DNA of 41,891 bases, taken from the sequence record SRR22947727_99. One strand, given 5' to 3'. Made by a program: the position numbers and the translations under genes. Positions 28,736 through 39,278 of this stretch are shown piece by piece; the first letter of the stretch is position 1, and the number at the start of each line of letters is the position of its first letter. Below the pieces are notes generated by a model. The model had not been told where the DNA came from. It saw only the letters and a program-made list of their open reading frames with translations, and did no database searches.

Positions 28736-29575
28736 TTATTTTTTTCTAAAATTAGATTTTTTATAAACACCTAAAATTTTAATTTCTTTACAAAAAAATT
28801 TCATTTCCTCTAAAGCTAATTTAACTGAATTATTCTCAGGATGTCCTTCAAAATCAATATAAAATTGAGCAACATCAAAACCTTGTGGGTGAATGTAACT
28901 CTCTAATTTAGTAATGTTTACACCATTACTAGCAAATCCTCCTAAGCATTTATATAAAGATGCAGGAATACTTCTAACAACAAATACAAGAGTTGTTATA
29001 ATATTGCTCTCGCTAGGTTCTGCGTTACTTTTATCCTTTGACATAATTAAAAATCTAGTAACATTATACTCCGCATCTTGAAAATCAACCTTAAGTACTT
29101 CTAAATTATAAATCTCTGCTGCTAGCGATGAAGCAATAGCCGCATCTTCTTTATTATTAAGCTCAGATATTTTTTTTGCAGACCCTGCTGTATCTGCAGC
29201 TATAACCATTTGTTTATTAAGTTTGATTATTTTGTTTCTACATTGTGCAATGCCTTGCTCGTGACTATGAACTCTTTTAATGTCATTAATATTTGTCCCG
29301 GGCACTACCAGTAAATTATGTCTTACTTCTAGAAAATATTCTCCAATAATGTTTAAATCAGAATCAGGTATTAGCCTTTGGGTATCTGCAACTCTTCCAG
29401 CTTGAGAGTTTTCAATTGGCACTAGTGCTATATCAGCTTTATCATTCCTAACACAAGCAAACATCTCCTCAAACGTTGAGCAAGGTAAGCTTTTTGCTTT
29501 TGGAAAAACATTTTTTCCAGCTTGTTCACTATAAGCTCCATTAACTCCTTGAAAGGCAAAACTATTTGTTTTCAT
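28736..29575 (-). CDS. pheA: Prephenate dehydratase
   Basis: AFQGVNGAYSE, PIENS, SHEQ, NVTRF, ACT domain NITKLES. Confidence 0.95.
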   Translation of the reverse strand: MKTNSFAFQGVNGAYSEQAGKNVFPKAKSLPCSTFEEMFACVRNDKADIALVPIENSQAGRVADTQRLIPDSDLNIIGEYFLEVRHNLLVVPGTNINDIKRVHSHEQGIAQCRNKIIKLNKQMVIAADTAGSAKKISELNNKEDAAIASSLAAEIYNLEVLKVDFQDAEYNVTRFLIMSKDKSNAEPSESNIITTLVFVVRSIPASLYKCLGGFASNGVNITKLESYIHPQGFDVAQFYIDFEGHPENNSVKLALEEMKFFCKEIKILGVYKKSNFRKK

Positions 29576-30299
29576 CTGTATTATTTAAAATATTTTCTAT
29601 TAGCATTAAATCTTCAATCGTATCTACACTAATTGGAACATTTTCTACATAAGTTATTCCAATTTTAATACCTGCATCAAGTGCTCTTAATTGCTCTAAT
29701 TTTTTATCTATTTCATTTTTAGAAGGAGGTAATGAAATAAATTTTTTTAAAGCACTTGGCTTAAAACTATAAATTCCAACGTGCTGATGAATATTTTTTA
29801 CTTCTGTTTTTAATGATTTAAAAAAATCTAAACTATTGCCAACAACACCCTCCTCCTTCCAATCTACAGAAACTTTTGTAATGTTTTCATTTTTTATTTC
29901 ATTACTAGATATATCTGTTGCAATGGTGCCAATATCATACCCATTATGCAAAGGTATATTAGCGCTTTGAATGTTTTTATAGTCAATTAAAGGCATATCA
30001 CCTTGAAGATTAATAATACTTTCATATTCATTTTTATTTTCAAGTAAGTTGAATGCTGCAAAAACTCTGTCAGTACCTGAAGGTAAATTAGGATCAGTCA
30101 TTATTGCTTTACCGCCTTTTGAAATAATTAAATTAAATACTTCATCCTCACTACATGCAACATAGACATCTCCTGCCTTTGAATTAATTCCTTGCCTCCA
30201 AACTCTCTCAATCATAGGAGTGCCATTAATTTTTGCCATTGGTTTATTTGGAAAGCGTTGAGAGGCCATTCTGGCTGGTATAATAATTGCAGTTTTCAT
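29562..30299 (-). CDS. kdsB: 3-deoxy-manno-octulosonate cytidylyltransferase
   Basis: IPARMASQRFPNKP, SGTDR, NLQGDMP, HVGIY, LEQLRAL, VDT. Confidence 0.95.
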   Translation of the reverse strand: MKTAIIIPARMASQRFPNKPMAKINGTPMIERVWRQGINSKAGDVYVACSEDEVFNLIISKGGKAIMTDPNLPSGTDRVFAAFNLLENKNEYESIINLQGDMPLIDYKNIQSANIPLHNGYDIGTIATDISSNEIKNENITKVSVDWKEEGVVGNSLDFFKSLKTEVKNIHQHVGIYSFKPSALKKFISLPPSKNEIDKKLEQLRALDAGIKIGITYVENVPISVDTIEDLMLIENILNNTDENK

Positions 30300-30390
30300 A
30301 AATTATGCGACAATTAAGCAGTATTTAATTTTTTATAGGACGTTTTCATTTCTATTCATTTTAAAAAAAATCTATATAGATGTTTTACAC

Positions 30391-30936
30391 ATGTCTGGAC
30401 TTGAAGTTAACAAAATTTTGGCTTCCATTATATTAGCAATACTTGTAGTGACCGTTATTGGTCATTTAGGTGATATAATTATAGATACAGAACATCATGA
30501 AATGGAAGAAACAGCCTACAAAATTGATGTTCCTGATTCTGGTGAAGTGGTGCCAGGAGCAGCGCCTAAGGTAGAAATTATAGAACCAATTTCATTACTT
30601 TTGGCAAGTGCCTCTCTCGAAAAAGGAGAAAAACTTTTCAAAAAATGTAGCTCATGTCATAATTATGAAAAAGATAGCGCTAACAAAGTTGGTCCAAATT
30701 TATGGAATTTAATTAATAGACCAAAAGCAAATGTAGATGGTTTTGCGTACTCAAAAGCATTGGCTGAGTATGGTGGTGAATGGAGCTATGAAGAGCTAGC
30801 TGAATTTTTATATAAGCCAAAGAAATTTGTTAAAGGAACTAAAATGAATTTTGCTGGTCTTAAAAAAGTTCAAGACAGGGCTAACATTGTTTTATTTTTA
30901 AGAGAACAAGCTGAAAATCCTGTTCCACTTCCATAA
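30391..30936 (+). CDS. Membrane-anchored class I cytochrome c (cytochrome cy / CycM type)
   Basis: N-terminal TM anchor, CSSCH, VGPNLW, GTKMNFAG; divergent from kdsB as in other alphaproteobacteria. Confidence 0.93.
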   Translation: MSGLEVNKILASIILAILVVTVIGHLGDIIIDTEHHEMEETAYKIDVPDSGEVVPGAAPKVEIIEPISLLLASASLEKGEKLFKKCSSCHNYEKDSANKVGPNLWNLINRPKANVDGFAYSKALAEYGGEWSYEELAEFLYKPKKFVKGTKMNFAGLKKVQDRANIVLFLREQAENPVPLP

Positions 30937-30944
30937 CTTTATTT

Positions 30945-31721
30945 ATGAATAATTCCCTTCAGGAATATCTAAATTTTGCAAACAAACTTGCTGATGTAGC
31001 AGGCATTACTTCAATGGAATATTTTAGAACCTCTTTAAGTATTGATAATAAAAGTGATGAAAGCCCAGTTACTATTGCTGATAAAAATACTGAATTAAAA
31101 ATTCGATCCTTGATAGAAAATGAATATCCTGATCACGGCATCTTAGGAGAGGAATTTGATAGCGTAAATCCAGATGCAGAATTTATATGGGTTATAGATC
31201 CAATTGACGGCACTAGAAGTTACATAGCAGGACACAAAGATTTTGGAAATTTAATAGCCCTAACTCAAAATAAAAAACCAATTATTGGTATTATTAATTG
31301 TCCCGCACATGAAGAAAGATGGGTTGGGGCAACGAATCAAAGCACAACTGTTAATCAACAAACTGCAAATACATCCAGTGTAACAGCAATTGAAGATGCT
31401 TATATTTTTACTTCTGGACTTTATTTTGATGAGCCACACCTGAGAAATGCTGTAGATAAAATTAAAAATAAAGTAAGGTATTTTCGTTACGGTGGAGATT
31501 GTTATATGTATGGCATGGTTGCCTCTGGTTTAATTGATATTGTAATTGAAGATACTCTAAAAGCTCATGATTATATGGCTTTAGTCAATGTTATTGAGGG
31601 TGCGGGAGGAGCAATATCTGATAAATTTGGTAATGAAATTACCATAGATTCCCAAGGAAGTGTCGTAGCTTCAGCTAATAAAGAACTTCATTCCAAATTA
31701 ATTTCTCTAATAAATCAATAA
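30945..31721 (+). CDS. hisN: Inositol monophosphatase family, probable histidinol-phosphatase
   Basis: SPVTIAD, GEEF, WVIDPIDGT, GGDCYMYGMVASG. Confidence 0.8.
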   Translation: MNNSLQEYLNFANKLADVAGITSMEYFRTSLSIDNKSDESPVTIADKNTELKIRSLIENEYPDHGILGEEFDSVNPDAEFIWVIDPIDGTRSYIAGHKDFGNLIALTQNKKPIIGIINCPAHEERWVGATNQSTTVNQQTANTSSVTAIEDAYIFTSGLYFDEPHLRNAVDKIKNKVRYFRYGGDCYMYGMVASGLIDIVIEDTLKAHDYMALVNVIEGAGGAISDKFGNEITIDSQGSVVASANKELHSKLISLINQ

Positions 31722-31761
31722 ATTTAATTTAAATTTATTTTAAAGTAATTATATTAACTTT

Positions 31762-33591
31762 ATGAAAACTTTAAACACAGCCTTTGCCATTCTTCTCTTA
31801 ACTATTTCACACAATGTTATTGCAAATACTAAAACATCACATGCAATTGCTATGCACGGGGAGCCAAAATATAATGAAGATTTTCTTAGTGTTGAGTATG
31901 TTAGTAACAGTGCTGAAAAAGGCGGTAATATAGTGAGAAGTTCAATTGGTACTTATGATACTTTTAACCCTTTTACACTAAAAGGAACTTCTGCCGCAGG
32001 CATAGGATTTTTATATGAGAGTCTAACAACTAGTTCTAGTGATGAAGCCTTTACAGAGTATGGGCTACTAGCAAAAACAATTGAATGGCCTGAAGACCGA
32101 TCATGGGTTGCATTTACATTAAGAGATGAAGCAGTTTGGCATGATGGAAAACAAATATCTAGTGATGATGTAATTTGGACATTTAATACTCTAATGGAAA
32201 AAGGGCATCCATTTTATAAATATTATTATGGCGATGTTAGTGAAGTTATTAAAGTTTCTGAAAACAAAGTTAAATTTATATTTTCTACAAATACAAATAA
32301 AGAACTACCATTAATTGTTGGTCAGCTCCCAGTATTACCTCAACATTATTGGGAAGGTAAAAATTTTGAAGACACAACTCTTGAAATACCTGTTGGAAGT
32401 GGTCCTTATAAAATTAAATCCTTTGATGCTGGCAGATCTATTACTTATGAGCTAAATGAAAATTATTGGGGTCTGAAAAATAACATTGTTCCAATTAAAG
32501 TTGGTAAGGATAATATTGGCACGATAAGATATGATTATTATAAAGACAGAGGGGTAGAGCGAGAAGCTTTTAAGTCAGGTGAGATAGATTTCTTTTCAGA
32601 AAATACCTCAAAAGAATGGGCCACTGGCTACGAAATTAGTGCTGTAGAGAAAGGATTAATAAAAAAAGAATTAATATCTCATGAAAACCCTCAAGGAATG
32701 CAAGCTTTTGCTTTCAATACTCGAAAAGATATTTTTAAAGATAAAAGGGTTAGAAAAGCACTATCTTATGCTTTTGATTTTGAGTGGACAAACAAAAATT
32801 TATTTTATGGAGCGTACAAAAGAACTGATAGTTTTTTTGAAAACTCAGAATTAGCTTCAAACGGGTTACCGTCAAAAGAAGAGCTTTCTTATCTAAATCC
32901 ATATATTGATTTATTACCAAATGAAATTTTTAGTGAGGCATATACAAATCCAGAAACAAATGGATCAGGCTTTATTAGAAGTGAATTACAAGAAGCAACA
33001 AAATTAATTAAAGATGCTGGGTGGAAATTAAATGATGGAAAGCTAGTAAACTCCCAGGGTGATCCATTCGAATTTGAAATCTTATTGGTCTCTCCTGCTT
33101 TTGAGAGAATTGTATTGCCATTCATTGATAATTTAGAAAAACTTGGGATCAATGCTTCGTTAAGAACAATTGATAGTTCACAATATCAAAAACGAATTGA
33201 AACCTTTGATTTTGATATGGTCGTATTTACTTTTTCACAAAGTCTATCTCCAGGTAATGAACAAAGAAATTTTTGGGGATCTGATGCAGCAGATACTAAT
33301 GGTTCTCGTAATGTCATTGGAGTCAAAGATGATGTAATCGACAGTCTTATAGCAAAACTAATCAATGCAAAAGGCAGAGAAGACTTAATAACAATTACCA
33401 GAGCATTAGATAGAGTCTTGTTATGGAATTATTACGTAATTCCTCAATGGCATATTTCAGCTTATAGAGTATTGTATTGGGACATGTTTGACCAACCTAA
33501 GAAAAAGCCTAAATATTCTCTAGGATTTGATACATGGTGGGTTAATCAAAATAAGTTTGATTTTATTAATTCTCAAAGATCTTCAAACTAA
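31762..33591 (+). CDS. yejA: Peptide (microcin C-type) ABC transporter substrate-binding protein
   Basis: Signal peptide, HAIAMHGEPKY, YGLLA, WHDG, SPGNEQRNFWGS, RALDRVL. Confidence 0.9.
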   Translation: MKTLNTAFAILLLTISHNVIANTKTSHAIAMHGEPKYNEDFLSVEYVSNSAEKGGNIVRSSIGTYDTFNPFTLKGTSAAGIGFLYESLTTSSSDEAFTEYGLLAKTIEWPEDRSWVAFTLRDEAVWHDGKQISSDDVIWTFNTLMEKGHPFYKYYYGDVSEVIKVSENKVKFIFSTNTNKELPLIVGQLPVLPQHYWEGKNFEDTTLEIPVGSGPYKIKSFDAGRSITYELNENYWGLKNNIVPIKVGKDNIGTIRYDYYKDRGVEREAFKSGEIDFFSENTSKEWATGYEISAVEKGLIKKELISHENPQGMQAFAFNTRKDIFKDKRVRKALSYAFDFEWTNKNLFYGAYKRTDSFFENSELASNGLPSKEELSYLNPYIDLLPNEIFSEAYTNPETNGSGFIRSELQEATKLIKDAGWKLNDGKLVNSQGDPFEFEILLVSPAFERIVLPFIDNLEKLGINASLRTIDSSQYQKRIETFDFDMVVFTFSQSLSPGNEQRNFWGSDAADTNGSRNVIGVKDDVIDSLIAKLINAKGREDLITITRALDRVLLWNYYVIPQWHISAYRVLYWDMFDQPKKKPKYSLGFDTWWVNQNKFDFINSQRSSN

Positions 33592-33630
33592 TAAGTTAAA
33601 AAATATCATAAATAATATAAAACCATATTA

Positions 33631-34734
33631 ATGGGTGCTTATTTAGTAAGGCGAGTTCTTCTTATATTTCCTACACTTTTTGGAATAATGTTAATTAATT
33701 TTGCTGTTATTCAAATTGTTCCAGGTGGTCCAGTAGAACAAATGATTGCTCAAATGACAGGAACAGCAGTTGAATCGACAGCTCGTTTTTCTGGTGGTGG
33801 TGAAGGAGAGCTAAATTCAAGTTTTGATGCTTCAAGTTTTGATGATGGTGTCTCAAAATACAGAGGAGCCCAAGGTCTTGATCCAGATATAATTAAAGAA
33901 ATTGAAGTAATGTATGGAATGAACAAACCAGCTCATGAAAGATTTTTCAAAATGTTAAAAAGCTATATTTTTTTTGATTTTGGAGAAAGTTTTTTTCGTG
34001 ATCAAAAAGTTACGTCATTAGTTTTAGATAAAATGCCAGTATCAATTTCTCTTGGTTTATGGACTACGTTACTTGTCTATTTAATTTCTATCCCACTTGG
34101 AATTAGAAAAGCTATAAAAGATGGATCAAGATTTGATATAATTTCTAGTAGTATAGTTACAATTGGTTACGCAATACCTAATTTTTTATTTGCAGTTATT
34201 CTTATAGTTTTTTTTGCTGGAGGTCGATTTTACGATATTTTCCCTTTAAGAGGTTTGGTGTCTGAAAACTTTGAAGAATTAACTCTTTTTGCTCAAATAA
34301 AAGATTATTTTTGGCACTTAACATTACCTTTACTTGCAATGATAGTTAGTGGCTTTGCTGGTTTAACTTTTTTAACTAAAAATTCTTTTATAGATCAGAT
34401 TAATCAACAATATGTAATGACGGCAAAAGCTAAAGGGTTATCAGAGAGAAAAATTCTTTACGGGCATGTTTTTAGAAACGCTATGCTTATAGTTATTGCA
34501 GGCTTTCCATCAGCATTTATTGGAATATTATTTTCAAGCTCTTTATTTATTGAAGTTATATTTTCTTTAGATGGTTTAGGTTTACTTGGATATGAAGCTG
34601 CTCTTACAAGAGATTACCCTGTTATTTTTGCAACATTATATTTCTTTTCATTACTTGGTCTTGTTATGGGAATTCTTGGTGATTTTATGTATTCTCTAAT
34701 TGACCCAAGAATAGATTTTGAGTCTCGAGAATGA
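33631..34734 (+). CDS. yejB: Peptide ABC transporter permease
   Basis: [22 protein letters not shown] loop, [15 protein letters not shown]. Confidence 0.9.
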   Translation: MGAYLVRRVLLIFPTLFGIMLINFAVIQIVPGGPVEQMIAQMTGTAVESTARFSGGGEGELNSSFDASSFDDGVSKYRGAQGLDPDIIKEIEVMYGMNKPAHERFFKMLKSYIFFDFGESFFRDQKVTSLVLDKMPVSISLGLWTTLLVYLISIPLGIRKAIKDGSRFDIISSSIVTIGYAIPNFLFAVILIVFFAGGRFYDIFPLRGLVSENFEELTLFAQIKDYFWHLTLPLLAMIVSGFAGLTFLTKNSFIDQINQQYVMTAKAKGLSERKILYGHVFRNAMLIVIAGFPSAFIGILFSSSLFIEVIFSLDGLGLLGYEAALTRDYPVIFATLYFFSLLGLVMGILGDFMYSLIDPRIDFESRE

Positions 34735-35759
34735 AAAGTTTGTCGCCTCTTAATAAAAGACGCTTAAGCAATTTTGTTAAAAATAAAAGAGGTCTTTATT
34801 CTTTTTGGATTTTTTTTGTTTTATTTATAATTTCACTCTTTGCAGATTTTATTGCTAATGAAAAGCCGCTGCTTATCAAATATGAGAATGAATTGTACTA
34901 TCCAATTTTACAATCCTATTCAGAGACTACATTTGGGGGAGATTTTGAAACGGAAGCTGATTACAGGGATCCATTTGTAAAAAATTTAATTAATTCTTCT
35001 GGATGGATGATCATGCCTATTATTCCTTATAAATATAATACCATTATTCGTGATATGGATAGTCCTGCCCCCTCACCCCCAAGTAGAAAAAACTGGCTTG
35101 GTACAGATGATCAAGCAAGAGATGTGCTATCAAGATTAATATATGGATTTAGAATTTCCATTTTATTTGGCTTTACTCTAACTTTTTTCTCCATGATTAT
35201 TGGTGTCTCTGCTGGAGCAATTCAGGGGTATTTTGGTGGAAAAACAGATTTATTTTTTCAAAGATTTATGGAGATTTGGTCTGCTATACCAACATTATAT
35301 ATTTTAATAATTCTTGCCAGTGTCATACAACCTAATTTTTGGTGGTTATTAATTATTTTACTACTCTTTAGTTGGATGGGTTACGTAGGAGTTGTTAGGG
35401 CAGAATTTTTAAGAGCTAGAAATTTTGATTACATTAGAGCTGCCAAAGCACTTGGAGTTAGTACAAATAAAATAATATTTAGACACATGATCCCAAATGC
35501 AACTGTTGCAACTATAACCTTTCTACCTTTTAGTCTAAGTGCTTCAGTCACAGCATTGTCAGGATTAGATTTTTTAGGTTTCGGTTTACCCCCTGGTTCT
35601 GCCTCATTAGGTGAAATGGTAAACCAAGGACGTAATAATTTACAAGCACCGTGGCTTGGTTTAACAAGTTTTTTTACATTAGGGTTAATGCTTGGTCTTT
35701 TAGTTTTTATTGGTGAAGCAGTACGAGATGCTCTAGATCCAAGAAAGACTTTCAATTAA
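34731..35759 (+). CDS. yejE: Peptide ABC transporter permease
   Basis: [38 protein letters not shown]. Confidence 0.9.
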   Translation: MKSLSPLNKRRLSNFVKNKRGLYSFWIFFVLFIISLFADFIANEKPLLIKYENELYYPILQSYSETTFGGDFETEADYRDPFVKNLINSSGWMIMPIIPYKYNTIIRDMDSPAPSPPSRKNWLGTDDQARDVLSRLIYGFRISILFGFTLTFFSMIIGVSAGAIQGYFGGKTDLFFQRFMEIWSAIPTLYILIILASVIQPNFWWLLIILLLFSWMGYVGVVRAEFLRARNFDYIRAAKALGVSTNKIIFRHMIPNATVATITFLPFSLSASVTALSGLDFLGFGLPPGSASLGEMVNQGRNNLQAPWLGLTSFFTLGLMLGLLVFIGEAVRDALDPRKTFN

Positions 35760-37334
35760 ATGAGTCTTCTTTCAATTAAAAATTTGAGCATTAATTTTAA
35801 ACAAAATCAAAATGTTGTTAATAATGTAAATATAGAAATACCAAAAGGTAAAACTGTAGCTATTGTTGGGGAGTCAGGTTCTGGAAAAACATTATCTGCT
35901 CTGAGTATTTTAAAATTATTACCTGGAAATGCTAATATAAATAGTGGGAGCGTAATATTTAAAGAAAAAGATTTACTACAACTTCCCTTGAATGAGATTG
36001 AAAAAATTAGAGGCAATAAAATTTCTACAATATTTCAAGAACCTATGTCCAGCCTTAATCCTTTGCATACAATTGATAAACAAATTAAGGAAATAATTAC
36101 AATTCACAATAAAAAAAATACTCAAGAACTTAGCGAATCTGTTTCAAATTTACTTAAAGAAGTAAATTTAGATGACTTAATGAGTAGACCAAATATTTAT
36201 TCATATGAACTTTCAGGAGGTCAGCGGCAAAGAGTAATGATTGCAATGAGTATTGCAAACAACCCTGATTTATTAATAGCTGATGAACCTACAACAGCTT
36301 TAGATGTAACCGTACAACAACAAATATTATCACTTCTAAATACAATTCAAAAACAAAGAAAAATGTCAATTTTATTCATTAGTCATGACCTTGGAGTAGT
36401 TAATAAAATTGCTGATTATATTTATGTTATGAAAGATGGTGAAATTATTGAACATGGAGAGAAGCTTAAAATTTTTAATAATCCAAAAAATACATACACA
36501 AAGCAATTAGTTGGATTTCAAAATAAAATTAGGAAATCTCAAGAAAATAAAGAAATAGAAATTCTTAAAATTAAAGATTTAAAGGTATGGTATCCTATTA
36601 AGAAGGGTATTTTTAAAAAAACGGTTGATTATGTTAAGGCCATACATGGAATTAATTTTTCCTTAAAGAAAAAAGAAACTCTAGGCATTGTGGGAGAATC
36701 TGGGTCAGGAAAAACTTCACTTGTTTTAGCTATTTTAAAATTAATATCATCATCTGGGACGATAGAATTTAATAAATTAAATTTAAATTTATTAAAAAAA
36801 AATAAACTTAAGAATATAAGAAAAGATATTCAAATTGTTTTTCAAGATCCTTTCTCCTCATTAAGTCCTAGAATGAATGTTCAAGAAATATTAAATGAAG
36901 GAATAGATGTTCACTTTCCAGAGTATTCTCTTGTAGAAAAAAAACAAATATTAAAAGATATTTTAAAAGAAACAGGAATGGATTATGATAGAGATCATAA
37001 TAAATACCCTCATGAGTTTTCTGGTGGACAGAGACAAAGAATTGCAATTGCAAGAGCGTTAATCTTAAAACCCAAAATACTTATCTTAGATGAACCCACT
37101 TCTGCATTAGATATCACAATACAAAATCAAATATTAGATTTACTTCAAAATTTACAAGAAAAGTATTCTCTTAGCTATATTTTTATAAGTCATGATATGA
37201 ATGTTATTAGATCTGTGTCAGATAAAATATTGGTTCTAAAAACAGGCAAATTAATTGAATATAATGATACTGAGATTGTATTTAATAGTCCAAAAGATGA
37301 ATATACTAAAAATTTAATTAGCTCAGTGATTTAA
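35760..37334 (+). CDS. yejF: Peptide ABC transporter ATP-binding protein, two fused domains
   Basis: Two GESGSGKT Walker A motifs, two SGGQRQR signatures, two DEPT motifs. Confidence 0.9.
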   Translation: MSLLSIKNLSINFKQNQNVVNNVNIEIPKGKTVAIVGESGSGKTLSALSILKLLPGNANINSGSVIFKEKDLLQLPLNEIEKIRGNKISTIFQEPMSSLNPLHTIDKQIKEIITIHNKKNTQELSESVSNLLKEVNLDDLMSRPNIYSYELSGGQRQRVMIAMSIANNPDLLIADEPTTALDVTVQQQILSLLNTIQKQRKMSILFISHDLGVVNKIADYIYVMKDGEIIEHGEKLKIFNNPKNTYTKQLVGFQNKIRKSQENKEIEILKIKDLKVWYPIKKGIFKKTVDYVKAIHGINFSLKKKETLGIVGESGSGKTSLVLAILKLISSSGTIEFNKLNLNLLKKNKLKNIRKDIQIVFQDPFSSLSPRMNVQEILNEGIDVHFPEYSLVEKKQILKDILKETGMDYDRDHNKYPHEFSGGQRQRIAIARALILKPKILILDEPTSALDITIQNQILDLLQNLQEKYSLSYIFISHDMNVIRSVSDKILVLKTGKLIEYNDTEIVFNSPKDEYTKNLISSVI

Positions 37335-37380
37335 TTAAATTTTTAATATAATTTGAGTAAAAAAAATTAAAATAAATTTA

Positions 37381-38367
37381 CTAATTAATTACTTTTTTTT
37401 CGAAGTGATTTAAAGCTTCCTTAATTCCATCAGTAAAAGTTATTTTGGATTTAAAGCCAAATTGGTTCTGTAATTGCGTATCTCCACCTCTTGCAAAAAC
37501 ACCCTCGGGTTTATTTGATGTGCCTTCAACATAAGGATTAAAACCTATTATATTTGAAGTAATTTTAACAAATTCTTTAAAGCTTGTAAGCTTACCTGTA
37601 GATAAATTGATTGCTGAACCATCATATATTTTGTCCATAGTAGAAGTTACCCCATCAACACAATCCTCAATATGAATAAAATCTCTTTGCTGATCTCCAG
37701 TACCCCATACAGTTATTCTATCTTTAGATTTATTTTCTAAAACTCTTTTACAAATACTGGGAAAGGGATAATTTAAATCTTGATCAATACCATATCCAGA
37801 AAATGGTCTATATGCTACACTTTTAACACCATAGTTCTCGAAAGCTATTTTACCTAAATATTCTGTTGTTAGTTTTGCCCAACCATATGTTAAATCAGGC
37901 AGACCAATCGATTGGTCAAATTTAATCAAATCTTCTTTAAGAAGAATATTATTCTCTTTGGTTTGATATTTAATAGGGTAGCAAGCGCTAGAACTAAAAG
38001 TAATTGTTTTTTTAGGTTTTACTTGAACAGCCCATTGCCAGAAATGAGAGTCGATTGAAAGATCATCAGATACTGCAATTGGGTTTTTTTCAATGACCTC
38101 TCTTCCCCCTACCATTGCCGCAAGATGCAGTACATAATCAAAATCATCATCTTTGTTAGAGTTAAACCATTCTCTACAATCTGTTTGAATAAATTTAAAA
38201 TTTTTGTAATCATAAGGCGAGTAAAGAGGCCAAGAATTTGGATGAATTCCTCCAGTGAGGTTTGATAAATTATCAACAACCTGGACTTCATTACCATTGT
38301 TAAGGAAAAATTTTGTAAAATATCTTCCTACAAATCCTGCACCACCAGTAATTAATATTTTTTTCAT
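37381..38367 (-). CDS. NAD-dependent nucleotide-sugar epimerase (extended SDR), GDP-mannose 3,5-epimerase-like
   Basis: TGGAGFVG, HLAAMVGG, SSSACYP, YGWAK (YxxxK), WGTGDQQRDF, KPEGVFARGGD. Confidence 0.8.
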   Translation of the reverse strand: MKKILITGGAGFVGRYFTKFFLNNGNEVQVVDNLSNLTGGIHPNSWPLYSPYDYKNFKFIQTDCREWFNSNKDDDFDYVLHLAAMVGGREVIEKNPIAVSDDLSIDSHFWQWAVQVKPKKTITFSSSACYPIKYQTKENNILLKEDLIKFDQSIGLPDLTYGWAKLTTEYLGKIAFENYGVKSVAYRPFSGYGIDQDLNYPFPSICKRVLENKSKDRITVWGTGDQQRDFIHIEDCVDGVTSTMDKIYDGSAINLSTGKLTSFKEFVKITSNIIGFNPYVEGTSNKPEGVFARGGDTQLQNQFGFKSKITFTDGIKEALNHFEKKVIN

Positions 38368-39275
38368 AAAAAATGTTTCTGATATAGTTTAAAAGCTTCT
38401 TTTGATTGTTCAGGGAGATAATTGTAAATTTTTTTTGGAGAGTTATTTAAATCATTTAGTAAACTTAAATTATTTTCATATCCTATTATTTCTTTTTTTA
38501 AATCAATTGTTAAATCATGGATGTTCCTCTCTTGATATACGGAAGCTTCATTATAAGCAACTTTATAACCTAGTGACTCAACATAATATGAAGCCCATAT
38601 ATCATCCATCCTACCAATATGAGGAAACAAGAAATAGTCTTTAATTATTTTTCTTGATAAAAATGTATTTTGAGAATTAAAGGGAGAAAATTTATTTGAA
38701 GAAAAAGGGAAGATATCTTTTTCAAAACTACAAATTGGAGCATGCTCCATTCTACATATTGCATCAATATCAGGATCGCCATCCCAAAAGTCTGCTTGCA
38801 CATCAATATATATTGTCTCTTTAGACTTTCTGTATTTTCTATTACTAAGTAACTGAAGCGGAAAACCTCTATGCCAAAGATGATTATAATTTGTAACAGA
38901 TATTGGATCAAAAGCTAAAGAGTCTGTTTTGAAATAATTTATATCAAATTCTTTTGAAACAATTAAATTTTTTCCCCATTCTTTAGTTGGAATATTATCA
39001 TCATCTATTGTAGCTATTATATCAGCATTTAGATCATAGGCTTTAAGTAAGCCAAAATTTCTTCGTTGAATACAATTCCATCCAATACAGTCAGATAATT
39101 CTTTATGATATTCTTCTTGCTCTAATGGAGATATATATATTCCATTTTGAAGATTATAGTTACTTGGAGTTTTTTTATCTCCAATTACAATTAAGGTCCA
39201 ATCTTTCATACTATCAAACTTTAAAATAGCTTCAGTTGGTGAATTTATTGTTGTTGTTATAATAAATTTTTTCAT
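38364..39275 (-). CDS. STELLO (DUF288) / GT75 RGP-mutase-like GT-A protein
   Basis: TTTINSPT, VIGDKKTP, RRNFG, TIDDDN, WHRGFP, DPDIDA, PFNSQNT, IGRMDDIWA, QERNIHDL..DLKKE. Confidence 0.75.
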   Translation of the reverse strand: MKKFIITTTINSPTEAILKFDSMKDWTLIVIGDKKTPSNYNLQNGIYISPLEQEEYHKELSDCIGWNCIQRRNFGLLKAYDLNADIIATIDDDNIPTKEWGKNLIVSKEFDINYFKTDSLAFDPISVTNYNHLWHRGFPLQLLSNRKYRKSKETIYIDVQADFWDGDPDIDAICRMEHAPICSFEKDIFPFSSNKFSPFNSQNTFLSRKIIKDYFLFPHIGRMDDIWASYYVESLGYKVAYNEASVYQERNIHDLTIDLKKEIIGYENNLSLLNDLNNSPKKIYNYLPEQSKEAFKLYQKHFL

Positions 39276-39278
39276 AAA

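Noticed and set aside
32889-38911. Track ORFs 32889-33152, 35429-35755, 35807-36016, 36868-37053, 38109-38297, 38402-38644 and 38645-38911
   Set aside because: Nested in the yej genes, the epimerase or the STELLO-like gene; no recognisable features.
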